Shown here one piece after another: positions 45,047-55,978 of a DNA stretch of 64,000 nt. Origin of the DNA: an uncultured Planctomycetota bacterium (lineage in GTDB: Bacteria; Planctomycetota; Planctomycetia; Isosphaerales; Isosphaeraceae); the NCBI GenBank assembly GCA_963823665.1, contig CAWGMQ010000010.1, positions 1,632,001 to 1,696,000 on the forward strand, written 5' to 3'. The notes under the pieces were generated by a model. It ran no database searches, had not been told where the DNA came from, and worked only from the letters and a program-made list of their open reading frames with translations. How positions within the stretch are numbered: the first letter of the stretch is position 1; each line of letters starts with the position of its first letter. The translations under genes and the position numbers were made by a program.

Positions 45047-45390
45047 TAGCCGAACACATTGACAGACGCCTTCTGCCCGTCGGCGTGCCCGCGGACCTGG
45101 CAGTCGAAGCGGAGTTCGCGGTCCGCGGGAACCGGGCTGATGGCGACCCCCGCGTGTGACCACGATTGCGGCCCCGGCTCGACACCGTCGAGCCGCACCG
45201 AGGCGCTGTCGCCATGACGAAGCTCCGGTTCGGGGACAGCACTTCGGAGGAACCGCCCCTCAGCCCGGCGGTCGAGGGTGGGGTTCAAGAGCTCGGAACC
45301 CTCGGTGATCTCACGAGCCCTCGAGGTACGGCACAGCTCCAAAAGCGTCAGGACGACCAGGGCGGATGCGAGGTAAAACAGGCGTCTCAC
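45047..45390 (-). pseudogene. Second, shorter copy of the 5' part of the 42578 gene
   Basis: 45047-45491 aligns with 42233-42686. Confidence 0.75.
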
Positions 45391-45434
45391 AGGGATCTCC
45401 TTTCTCGAACTGGCGGTGGCGGACATACCCGAGG

Positions 45435-45695
45435 TCAGACTTGGTTATTCCAGAGCGAAAAACCAAGAACCAAGTCTGACCCCACGAGCTTCCCAGAACC
45501 AAGTCTGACCGCACGAGCTTCCCCTTCAATGCCCACGCCCACACCGCCAATGCCATCGTTAGCCCCACCACCGACGACACTCTCCTCCTCGTCGGGGGTC
45601 AGCTCCCTGAAGTCCTCGGACTCCGGGAGGTCCTGGATCCTGTCCTCATCGGCCTTCGCCTTTTTCGGGTCGTTCGTCGGGTTGCTGGTCGCCAT
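45435..45695 (-). CDS. Double-glycine-leader peptide (bacteriocin/RiPP-precursor-like); 3' end invaded by repeat
   Basis: GAAGGAAAG RBS; ELTPDEEESVVGG leader motif; Gly-rich core. Confidence 0.6.
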   Translation of the reverse strand: MATSNPTNDPKKAKADEDRIQDLPESEDFRELTPDEEESVVGGGANDGIGGVGVGIEGEARAVRLGSGKLVGSDLVLGFSLWNNQV

Positions 45696-45899
45696 GTCTT
45701 TCCTTCAGTCAATGGACTGCACTTGCCTCCTCGTCTCGGAAACTGTGCGGCGTGGGCGGAGGCCAGCCACGTTCACAGTTTTCTCACAGAGCACCGACGA
45801 CTTCCGCCTGCGTCGCGTCCATCATCAGTGCCCTGTGCGAGCGGGACGCCGGCCCGCCGGCCACGCGGCGATCGTTCCTGCGTTCCACGCTCACAAAGG

Positions 45900-45948
45900 A
45901 ACTCGCTGGCGCGGCGGATAAACTAGCAACCCGCGCCCGATTCTTTTT
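45900..45948 (-). promoter_or_regulatory. Shared 32-bp motif, copy C (4 mismatches)
   Basis: AACTCGCTGGCGCGGCGGATAAACTAGCAACC plus T-rich tract. Confidence 0.55.
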
Positions 45949-46318
45949 CCGGGACGGGATCCGCCTTGCCGGGCTTGCCGCGCCGCCCGCCCCACTCCAC
46001 AACCGGGATGACTTCCGGCGGTTCGTCGCCAAGCTATTCGACCGCGTGTTCCCGGCCGACCCGATTGCCCGCTGAGCGGGTTGGTCGTGGCGAAGCGCAA
46101 CTTGCACCAGAATCGCCCGGCCGTCGCACCGATGCACGCTGCGTCTGGCCACGGTCATTCCATCCCTGCCTGAAGAAGCAAACGGCCCTCGCCGGAATCC
46201 CGGGACGACCGCGCTGTCGCACGGCACGACACCTTCAAGCCGACGCGGCCTAACCGCAACATTCGTGTGACCAGCCGCAAAGGAACCATTCCTCAATTCC
46301 AAGTTGGTCGAAAACCAG

Positions 46319-46366
46319 AAAAGGAGGCAGTTCATTTTTCGCTAGAAAAATGAACTGCCTCCTTTT
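46319..46366. terminator. Perfect 22-bp-stem hairpin (bidirectional terminator or REP)
   Basis: AAAAGGAGGCAGTTCATTTTTC-GCTA-GAAAAATGAACTGCCTCCTTTT, downstream of the protease gene. Confidence 0.65.
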
Positions 46367-46458
46367 ATTCCCAGATGTCGAGCTTGGACGCCACCAAACC
46401 TTGCCGCCACTCTTGGCGAACGGTTACGTCTGCGCCCGGTACGCCAGGGGTCCGCCGC

Positions 46459-48570
46459 TCATGAGGCGTCTCCCGAGAAAGTTCTTGGATCGACCTGGCC
46501 GATTCTCTGGAGGGGACGAGGTCGCAGAACAGGGAAGTCATAGACGTCCACGCTGGCCGCGACACTCTGAGTCGGAAGAACCAAGTCCGCGATTGCCGCG
46601 TCCCGCAGAGCCGTGGCGGCCCACCCTAAGGTATCGGCACTGTCGTTGCTGCTCGTTGTCCCGTTGCGCGGGGCCAGCGATCCCACGCTTGGCGAGAGCT
46701 CGGACCCGGTCTGTGGCAGGCTTTCCGCCTCGGAAATCGTGGCCGACGGGCTGGCGTCGACGGGGCCGACGGGCTGGGGACAATTGCCGTCCAGGTAGAA
46801 GTTCGCCGTGAGCTGGTTCCAGTTGAGGTTCAGAATTCCCGGGTCGGCGCCATAATCGCCTTTGTTGTTCACGCCCCAAGGATTCAGCAGCTCGAACGAC
46901 TGGTCCGACGGATTGTAACTTATGACCGCATAACAGTGATCGCCTACGATCGGCGAGCTATCGCCCGGGTAGCTGTCGAGGGTGAGCAGTGTTTGAGAGT
47001 TGATCGCGCTGATGAAACTGCCCTCGCTTGCCAACAGGTTCGAGTGGCTTTCCTGAAGGCCGGTGATGACCGGCAGGGTCCACGATGCCTCGCCGCTCAG
47101 AGACGCATAGGCGTTGGAAGAGGGCTGACCGTTCCACCCGGATTCGCAGAGCTGGGCATACGCCTTCTCCGCCAGGGGGACCCAGAGGACGTTACTCGGG
47201 TCGCTTATGGATTGAAGTTGACCTTGGTTGAGACTATCATGTGCGAATTCAAAATAGTCACCGGTGTAACTGGTTCCTTCATAGCTCGGGTTAATTTCGT
47301 ACGGAAAATAATTGTTGACCGTGAGATAGGATGCCACGCCGTTGTCATAGAAGCAGACCGTCCAGACCTGAGCCCCGTCCACGGTTCCGTCGTACGTGAA
47401 CATGTTTTTGATGGCGACGGCGTCATGCGCGGCCGTTTCCGCGTAAGAGGCCAGCAGCCAGCAGTCGCCGTCATTTCCTTGATAAACGTCGTTGTAGCTG
47501 GGGCCGCCGCTGCTGCACAGGTTGCCGCTGGCGAGCGCGTAGCTGGGGGTCGGGGTCTGGGCAACCCCGTTGTAGTAGGTTGTCGGATCCGGATAGTCTT
47601 CGCCCAGGAACCACTTATTGACCAGGTCCTGCAAATGCGTGGCCGAACTGCCCACTTGCAGGTTGCCCAGCGGAACGCTTTTCTCCGCGTTGCTCGAGTT
47701 AAGGTATTGGTAGTCGGTGTTGCCCGGGTCCCCGAATACCACTTTGCTTGCGAGGTCGGTGAGGCCCGTGCCCGTCATGAAGCAATCCTCTCCAATATTG
47801 CTCGCAAGTGTCTGCAAGCACTCCATTTGCAGGGGCAGAAGGCCGCCCGAGGGCACCTCGCCCTCCACGGTTTGGAGCAGCCCCAGCATGTCGTTGAAGT
47901 TAAGTGATCGATCGCGGTCGAGATCCGTCAGCGCATCGGCGAGCACCGTTGGTTCGTTCGGGTCGGACGTGGATGCGGGGCCATTGATCTGCACGTTGGT
48001 GACGAACGCGTTGTTGTCCCCCGAGAGCGGGTTCAAGCCTCTGAACACGAGGGTATGCAAGCCCGTTCCCGCTACACTGAAGTTCATGCTTTGGTACGAG
48101 GTGTAGCCAGTGGTGGCGGGCACCACCACGTCCACCAAGGCGTTGTCCAACCAAACCCCTACGGCTTGAAAACTGGATTGAAGATTCTGCCGCTGGGCGG
48201 CCTCGAACGAGATGCTGTAGTTGCCCGGCTGGAGGTTGAACGACTGCGACATGTTGCCGTTGTTTGGCAGAAAGGCCACCTGGCTCGGGGCGGAGACATT
48301 AGGGTTGCCGATGGTGAACTTGCTGCCGTTGCCGCTCACGCCTGCGCCTCCGTAGAATGCCCAGGGCGAGCCGGGCCCGTTGGCCCCGTAATCATAGGGA
48401 GGGGGGGCCGTTTGGAACGGCGTGGCAAAAGTACCGTCGCTGAACGCCACACTCATCATCGTCCGCGTTTCCAACCGCTCGACGCGCAAGGACGCGCCGC
48501 GTCTGTTCCGACCGGAGGTCCGAATCGACTGTGACTCGCCGGCACAAACTCGTTGAAGCATGCGTTTCAT
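46459..48570 (-). CDS. Secreted C2-family (calpain-like) cysteine protease with N-terminal CBM-like domain
   Basis: VERLETRTMM motif; QGNDGDCWLLAS (Cys), GDHCYAV (His), LLNPWG (Asn) and LWVPLAEKAYAQ. Confidence 0.88.
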   Translation of the reverse strand: MKRMLQRVCAGESQSIRTSGRNRRGASLRVERLETRTMMSVAFSDGTFATPFQTAPPPYDYGANGPGSPWAFYGGAGVSGNGSKFTIGNPNVSAPSQVAFLPNNGNMSQSFNLQPGNYSISFEAAQRQNLQSSFQAVGVWLDNALVDVVVPATTGYTSYQSMNFSVAGTGLHTLVFRGLNPLSGDNNAFVTNVQINGPASTSDPNEPTVLADALTDLDRDRSLNFNDMLGLLQTVEGEVPSGGLLPLQMECLQTLASNIGEDCFMTGTGLTDLASKVVFGDPGNTDYQYLNSSNAEKSVPLGNLQVGSSATHLQDLVNKWFLGEDYPDPTTYYNGVAQTPTPSYALASGNLCSSGGPSYNDVYQGNDGDCWLLASYAETAAHDAVAIKNMFTYDGTVDGAQVWTVCFYDNGVASYLTVNNYFPYEINPSYEGTSYTGDYFEFAHDSLNQGQLQSISDPSNVLWVPLAEKAYAQLCESGWNGQPSSNAYASLSGEASWTLPVITGLQESHSNLLASEGSFISAINSQTLLTLDSYPGDSSPIVGDHCYAVISYNPSDQSFELLNPWGVNNKGDYGADPGILNLNWNQLTANFYLDGNCPQPVGPVDASPSATISEAESLPQTGSELSPSVGSLAPRNGTTSSNDSADTLGWAATALRDAAIADLVLPTQSVAASVDVYDFPVLRPRPLQRIGQVDPRTFSGDAS

Positions 48571-48644
48571 GGAAGGTTCCTTGCTGCCAGGCAGCTTTCG
48601 CGGTTTCAGTTGCGGGGCAAGACATGTTGTCCTCTCTACAGAAC

Positions 48645-48692
48645 AACTCGCTGGCGCGGCGAATAACCCCGCAACCCTGGCCGAATTTTTTT
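48645..48692 (-). promoter_or_regulatory. Shared 32-bp motif, copy D
   Basis: Identical 32-mer plus T-tract, 75 nt from the protease ATG. Confidence 0.6.
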
Positions 48693-48925
48693 CAGGTTTG
48701 GGTCTGCCCCCCCGACAGGCTCGGTGCGGAGGGGGTCGCGTGTCGGGGCGGGCCGGCGAGGCAGGGCCGAACGGTATGTCGGTCGGGGCCGTATTTGCGC
48801 CGCATCGATCGACTCGCCAGATTAATGTATCTGGTTGAAAAGAATATGTTTGCAATCCGGGGGCCGAGTCCCGATCATGAGGGCGTCGGCCCCGTCGTTC
48901 CTCGCGGTCGGAGGAAGCCGCACCC

Positions 48926-49516
48926 ATGGACCCCGAAGGTTCGGTTACGCGCTGGATCTCTCAGCTCAAGCACGGCGATCGCGCCGCCGCCGCGCCCCTC
49001 TGGGAGGCCTACTTCCACCGCCTCGTCGCCCTGGCGCGCACGCGACTCAGCGGCACCCCGCGCCGCGCCGCCGACGAGGAGGACGTGGCCCTCGCCGCCT
49101 TCGACAGCTTCTACCGTCGCGCCGAACGCGGCCAGTTCCCCAGGCTCGAGGGCCGCGACGACCTCTGGCAGCTCCTGTTCGTCCTCACCGTGCGCAAGGC
49201 GGTCGACCTGACGCGCCGCGAGGCCCGCCAGCCCGGGCGCGGCGCCTGGGGGCGGTCGCTCTGGGAGCAGGCCGAGCTGAAGCTCGAGCTGCTGCTCGGC
49301 TCGGAGCCCACGCCCGAGTTCGCCGCCCTGGTGGCCGACGAGTGCCGGCGACTGCTCGCCCGCCTCGGGGATGAGACGTTGCAGTCGGTGGCCGTCTGGA
49401 AGATGGAAGGCGAGACCAACGCCGCGATCGCCGCGCGGCTGGGCTGCGTCGCCAAGACCGTCGAGCGCAAACTCCGGCGCATCCGCGAGCTCTGGGGCAG
49501 AGAGGGAGTTTCATGA
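48926..49516 (+). CDS. ECF sigma factor (STK-associated, Sigma70_ECF-like)
   Basis: SVTRWISQL, DEEDVAL.AFDSF and TVERKLRRIR; ATGA-coupled to the kinase. Confidence 0.9.
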   Translation: MDPEGSVTRWISQLKHGDRAAAAPLWEAYFHRLVALARTRLSGTPRRAADEEDVALAAFDSFYRRAERGQFPRLEGRDDLWQLLFVLTVRKAVDLTRREARQPGRGAWGRSLWEQAELKLELLLGSEPTPEFAALVADECRRLLARLGDETLQSVAVWKMEGETNAAIAARLGCVAKTVERKLRRIRELWGREGVS

Positions 49517-52500
49517 GCGACGTGACCCCGACCGAGGAATGGGATCGTTCACCCTCGCTGGGCGGACGGGTGGAGGCGATGTGCGACCGCTTCGAGGCCG
49601 CCTGGAAGGCGGGCCGGCGGCCGCCGATCGAGGATTACCTCCGTGAAGTGCCCGAGGGCGGACAGACGGCGTTGTTCCGTGAGCTGCTGGAGCTGGAGCT
49701 GGCATACCGCCGTCGCGCCGGCGAGCGGCCGACGCCGGAGGAGTATCAGTGCCGGTTCCCGCAGCAGGTTGCCGAGATCGAGACCATTCTTGGCGGGGCG
49801 CCCCCTCCTCGGGCCGGCGCGGACCACCACCTGCTGTTCGGCATGCTCACCCAGTCTTCCGCTCCTTTTCAGGAGTACCCGGTGAAGATCGATCGCTATC
49901 GACTGATCCGGTCGCTCGGCCAGGGGGGATTCGGGCGTGTCTACCTCGCCCGCGACGACGATCTTGACCGCCCTGTGGCGGTCAAAGTCCCACGCCCCGA
50001 GCGAGTTTCTTGCCCGGAAGATATCGAGGCGTACCTGACCGAAGCCCGAATCGTTGCGAGCCTCGATCATCCCCATATTGTTCCGGTCCACGACGTAGGG
50101 CGCACCGACGACGGGCTGTGCTTTGTCGTGTCCAAGTTCATCGAGGGGAGCGACCTTGCAACCAGGATCAAGGAAGCACGCCTCAGCTTTCACGAGTCAG
50201 CGGGATTGGTGGAAACGGTCGCCGAAGCCCTTCATCACGCACATACTCGTGGCTTGGTCCACCGCGACATCAAGCCCGCCAACATCTTGATTGATGCCTC
50301 AGGGAAGGCGCACGTTGCCGACTTCGGTCTTGCACTTACTGACGAGGACTCAGGGAGACCTGGTGGGCTGGCTGGAACCCCTTCGTACATGAGTCCCGAG
50401 CAGGCACGGGGCGAAGGTCACCGGGTCGATGGGCGATCCGACATGTTCAGCCTTGGCGTGGTGTTCTACGAACTACTGACCGGGCGACGACCGTTCGTCA
50501 CCAAAGCCCAAGACAACGACGAAGCTCGCAACGAACTGCTGGACCTCATCGCTGCCACCGAAGCCCGCCCTCCGCGCCAGATCGACGACACGATCCCCAA
50601 GGAATTAGAACGCATCTGTTTGAAGGCGATGAGCAAGCGAGCGTCCGACCGGTACACCACCGGATGTGACATGGCTGAGGATCTGCGAGCCTTTCTCCAC
50701 ACCGTCAGAGGAGTGGCAATTCCCGCCACCATGTCCGCTCCGGTCAGCCCGCCTCCCGGTTCAACCGACGTGGTGACACCGGTCCCATCTACCTCCAGGC
50801 AATCCGACTCCGACCAACGACCGTTGAAGATTGTCCCCAAGGGATTGCGGTCCTTCGATCAACACGACGCCGATTTCTTCCTCGAACTGCTGCCGGGACC
50901 ACGAGATCGAGATGGTCTGCCCGACAGCATCCGATTCTGGAAGGATCGCATTGAAGAGACCGACCCTGATCAGACCTTTCGGGTGGGACTCATCTATGGA
51001 CCTTCGGGTTGCGGCAAGTCGTCGCTTGTGAAGGCGGGATTGTTGCCGCGGCTGGGCAAGCACGTTCAAACGGTTTACGTCGAGGCGACCGCGGAGGAAA
51101 CGGAAACCAGGCTCCTGAAGGGGTTGAGGAGGGTTTGCTCTGAGTTGCCAACAGGGCTGGGCTTGGTGGGTTCTCTGGCAACGGTGCGGAAGGGTCGGGT
51201 TCTGCGGGCCGACCGGAAACTCCTGCTTGTGCTGGACCAGTTCGAGCAGTGGCTTCATGCGAAGCGCGGTGAGGAGAACACGGAGCTGGTCGCCGCTCTT
51301 CGACAGTGCGACGGTGAGCATGTTCAGGCGGTTGTGATGGTGCGGGATGATTTCTGGATGGCCGCAACCCGGTTTATGAGGGATCTGGAGATCCGCCTTG
51401 TCGAAGGGGAGAACTCGGTAGCCGTTGATCTCTTCGACCTTGACCACGCCGGAGGAATCCTGTTGGCATTTGGTCGGGCGTTCGGCAGGCTGCCTGAGGA
51501 TGCGTCCGATACCTTGAAATATCAGAAGGACTTTCTCAAGGAATCCGTCAATGGACTGGCAGAAGACGGCAAGGTTGTTTCCGTCCGCTTGGCGTTGTTT
51601 GCCGAGATGATGAAGGGGAAGTTGTGGACCCCCGCCACGCTCAAAGAGGTGGGCGGCACGAAGGGTGTGGGTGTCACATTCCTCGAAGAGACCTTCAGCG
51701 CCTCGACCGCCCCTCCCGAGCATCGCTTTCACCAGAAAGCAGCGCAGGCGGTTCTCAAAGCTCTTCTGCCGGAAAGCGGCACCGACATCAAGGGGCAAAT
51801 GAGATCTCGTCAGGACCTGCTTGAAGCTTCGCGGTATGCGAACCGACCAAGCGACTTCAATGACCTGATTCACACTCTCGACCCGGAGCTGCGCCTGATC
51901 ACACCCACCGACCCGGAAGGCTCCGACGATGATCAAACCGTGACGAAGCCCGGAGAGCGTTATTATCAACTCACCCACGATTACCTCGTCCACTCGTTGC
52001 GGGACTGGCTGACACGCAAACAAAGGCAAACCCACCGTGGGCGTGCGGAACTGCGGCTGGCGGAACGCTCCTCGCTATGGAACGCCAAACCAGAGAACCG
52101 CTATCTGCCGTCCGCGCTGGAGTGGGCGAACATCAGGTCGCTGACCGAGAAGCGGGAGTGGACCGATGCCCAACGCAAGATGATGAAACGGGCGGGACGG
52201 CTGCATGGGGTGCGGGCGATCGCGTTCTCGGCCGTTGCCGCAGTGCTGGCAGCCACGGGAATAAACGCTTGGAAGCGTGAAGTTGAGGCCAACAGAGCAA
52301 AGGCCAGTGCCGCGACGAGCCGCATCCAACAACTTCTCAAGGTCCAAACCGCCGATGTCCCCGGAGTCGCTCTGGCTATGGAGGAAGATCGCCTCCGGAC
52401 CGACCCTGAGCTGAGACGCATCGTCGCGAATCCATGGCTTCGGCCGAAGGCCAAGCTTCACGCCAGCCTCGCGCTCTTGCCGGTTGATCCCAGCCAGTTG

Positions 52501-55500
52501 GAGTATCTGGAGTCGCGACTTTTCGACGCCGCGCCCGACGAGCTACTCGTCCTGAGGGATTCCCTTCGACCCTATCAGTCCAGGCTGCCCCCGAAACTGT
52601 GGCCCATACTCGCAGAAGCCAAGGCCGGCGATCCCAGGTTACTTCCGACCGCCGGCGCCCTCGCCCTGTACGACCCTGACAATCCTCGATGGGACAACCT
52701 GGGTCGCGAGGTGGCTCAGGCACTCGTGACGGTGAATTCCGTCGACCTCGGCCCTTGGCTCCATGTCCTTCGTCCCGTGCGCGGCAAGCTGACAGCACCA
52801 ATCGCGGCCATCTTCCGGAATAAAAAGAGTTCCGAGTCCGTACAGTCGCTGGCGACCGACATCCTCGTCGACTACGCCAGCGATGAACCCGAGCAGCTTG
52901 CCGAGCTGCTGATGGTTTCCGATCCCAAGGCGTTTGCGAAGCTCTTCACGGTGGCCGAGCGCCAGGCAGCGCGAACGATGCCCGTGTTCCTGGCCGAGAT
53001 CGCCAAGAAGGCGACCTTCAACTGGAACGACCGGCCGCTCGAACCCCCCTGGACGAAACCCGATCCGACGTTGGTGCGTCAAATCGAAACGGCGCAGGGC
53101 GTGCTTGCCGAGCGATTTGCGCTCTGCCAGACGATGCCGCTCGAGGATTTCCGCAGGATCGTCGAGAGTCTGCGAACCTTGGGCTATCGCCCCACTCGGT
53201 TTCGACCGTTTGCCGATCGGCAGGCCGTGAAGGTCGCGGCGGTCTGGACGCGCGACGCTCGGAAGTGGCGGGTCGCGTCAGGCCTGACCGCCGAGCAGGT
53301 TCGCCAGCAGGACGAGACGAACCGGAATGCGAAGTTCCTCCCCACGGACATCGCCGGCTACTTGACAACCGATGCCGGAAAACTTGCAAACCAATACGCT
53401 GTGCTCTGGGTCGAGCAAGCCGGCGGCGACGACGCCCGGCTCTTTGCCGGGGCGGCCGACGACGAGTTGGCCGACCTCCAGAAGCCCTTGGAAGACGCCA
53501 AGCTCATCCCCCGCACGCTGCACGCCCTGCGCGGGCCCGACGGTCGCCTACGATACTGCGGCGTCTGGGGCAAGCCCCCTTCCGCCGCCGTCAGCGCCCA
53601 GGAGTACCGCGACCTTTTCGAGGGGAACCTCACCGTGGATCTGGTGAATATGAGCGACCAGTTGGTCCTCGATGTAGCGGTCAGCGAGGCGGGCAAGCCG
53701 CAAACAACGCGCGAGCTTGCCCAGGCCGCCCGGCAGCGTGCGGACAAGAAACTCGAGACCACGCCCGACGATCCCGACACCTGCCAAGCCCGGGCTGTGG
53801 CGAGCTTCCGTCTGGGAGAGAATCAAAAGGCACTCGATGACCTTCAGGTCGTGATCGGCAAAAACCCGGAAGCCGCCACCGCCAAAGAGTACAGGGTCAT
53901 CGTCCTCGCCCGGCTCGGGAAGAAGCAAGACGCCCTGACCGAACTGGCAAAGTTCCGGAATGGAGTCGACCCGGAGCGTAGCAAGCTCAGCCTGGCCGCC
54001 GTCGCGGCCGCCGAGATCGGCGAAGGGGCCGACAAGGCACTGGAGGTCCTGGACGCGGCGCTCAAGAAGCAGCCAAAGGATTCGGAGCTCAGGTATGACG
54101 CTGCCCGTGCCTTCGCTCTGGCCTCGCAAGCCGTTGCCAAGCAAAACCAGGCCAGGGGTCGCCAACTGGCGGAGCGATCCCTTCTATTGCTCCAGGAAGC
54201 GCTGAAGGACGGTGGTGCCGATTTCGGCAAGATGGACGTCGACCCGGCCCTCGACCCAGTCCGTGATGACCCGGCGTTCGCCGAGGTCATGAAGGCCGGC
54301 CACCCCGATCGCCGCTATTCGGCCGTCTGGTCTGGTGATGCACGGTTCGACTCAACGCAAAGCCACGGTCTCGACCCCGCCGCCCACTTGCGGCGCTGCC
54401 ACGAGCTGATCGCCCAAGGATACCGGCCGGTCTCCAGTGTCCACCGCACGGACCTTCCCCGATGGCCCGATGGTGACGGCCTCGGTCTGGCATCGCCCCT
54501 CCGTGAGCGAGCAGGTCAAGGACGATCTGGCCGAGCGGCAGGCACGGGCTGCGGCGGCCCTGGTCCGGCTGGGCCAAGCCGATCAAGTCTGGCCCTTGCT
54601 GGTGCACAGCCCCGATCCGCGGCTGCGCAGCTTCATCGTCAACTGGCTGAAACCTCTGGGAGCCGAAGCCGGCGTCATCGCCGCCGAATTCGACCGCGTG
54701 GATAAAGCTGGGCGCGGGTCGGACAAAGTTGGGCGCGGGTCTCCAGACCCCGCCGAGGAGCCAGACCGAAGGTCTTCTGCCCCTGGACGAACCGCCGAAT
54801 CGGGGAGACCTTCGGTCCCGGGGAGGGCGGGGTCTGGAGACCCGCGCCCAACGCCCGGCACCGGGTCCGGAGACCCACGCCCGACAGTCGACCGTGCCAC
54901 AGACTTGATGGAAACGATTCTCTTCGACCCCAACAGCTCGATCCGACGCGCGCTCATCCTGACGCTCGGGACCTACGACAATGACGGGCTCTCCCTCGGC
55001 GAGCGTGATGCCATGATCGCCAAGCTGCTCGACCTCTACCAAGTCGACCCCGACGCCGGCATCCACGGTGCGGCGGAGTGGACGCTGCGGCAATGGAAGC
55101 AAGAAGAAAAGCTGAAGGCTGTCCAGGCCGAGCTGACCAAGCTCAAGGACAAAGGCAACGGCCCCCGCCGTTGGATCGTCAACAGCCAGGGCCAGACATT
55201 CGCCGTGATCGACGGCCCCGTCGAGTTCCGCATGGGCTCCCCGCCCGATGAGCCCGATCGGAATCCCGACGAGACGCCCCGTGCCCAGGTCATCTCCCGT
55301 CGGTTCGCGATCGGCTTCAAGGAGGTGACCGTCGAGCAGTACGAACGGTTCGTTCAGAGCGGAAACCAGGAATTCGGTCGCCCGAGGAGCGACCTGGACA
55401 AGTTCAGCCCCGATCCTAGCGGTCCCATGATTGGGGTGACTTGGTTTGGCGCGGCGGCCTACTGCAACTGGCTCAACAAGCAGGAAGGCCTGCCCGAGGA

Positions 55501-55978
55501 CCAGTGGTGCTACCTGCCCAACGACCAGCAAAAGTATGACGCGGGGATGAAGATCCCCGCCGACGCCCTCAAGCGGACAGGCTACCGCCTGCCCGCCGAG
55601 GCCGAATGGGAATACGCCTGCCGCGCGGGCACGGTCACGAGCCGGTATCATGGTCTCTCGCTCCGACTACTCGAGGCTTATGCCCAGTATGCGGGCAACA
55701 GCAAGGTGCATGCATGGCCCGGCGGGACTCTGCTGCCCAATGACCTGGGCCTGTTCGACATGCTTGGGAACGTGACTGAATGGTGCCAGGAACGTTACGC
55801 GAACCATCAGCCTGGAGTAGTCGAATCAGTAAGTGATGATATACGCAACAAACGTCTGCTTCGGGGCGGGTGTTTCATCTATCTTCCGGCGGTCGTCCGC
55901 TCGGCGCACCGGGCCGGGGTCGCCCCGTCGAGCCCCGGCGCGGGCTACGGTTTCCGTCCCGCCAGGACTTACCACTGA
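49513..55978 (+). CDS. STK - nSTAND-type P-loop NTPase - repeat/TPR - FGE-sulfatase (C-type lectin fold) protein; frameshift near 54435
   Basis: GQGGFGRVY, HRDIKPAN, DFGLA; GPSGCGKSS and VLDQFEQ; GYRP...AVW repeats; FRMGS, YRLPAEAEWEYACRAG, GLFDMLGNVTEW, RGG and GFRPAR. Confidence 0.9.
54728..54852. repeat. REPIN-like long hairpin inserted in frame within the CDS
   Basis: Perfect 27-bp inverted repeat (54728-54754 / 54826-54852) plus an inner 12-bp inverted repeat. Confidence 0.85.
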
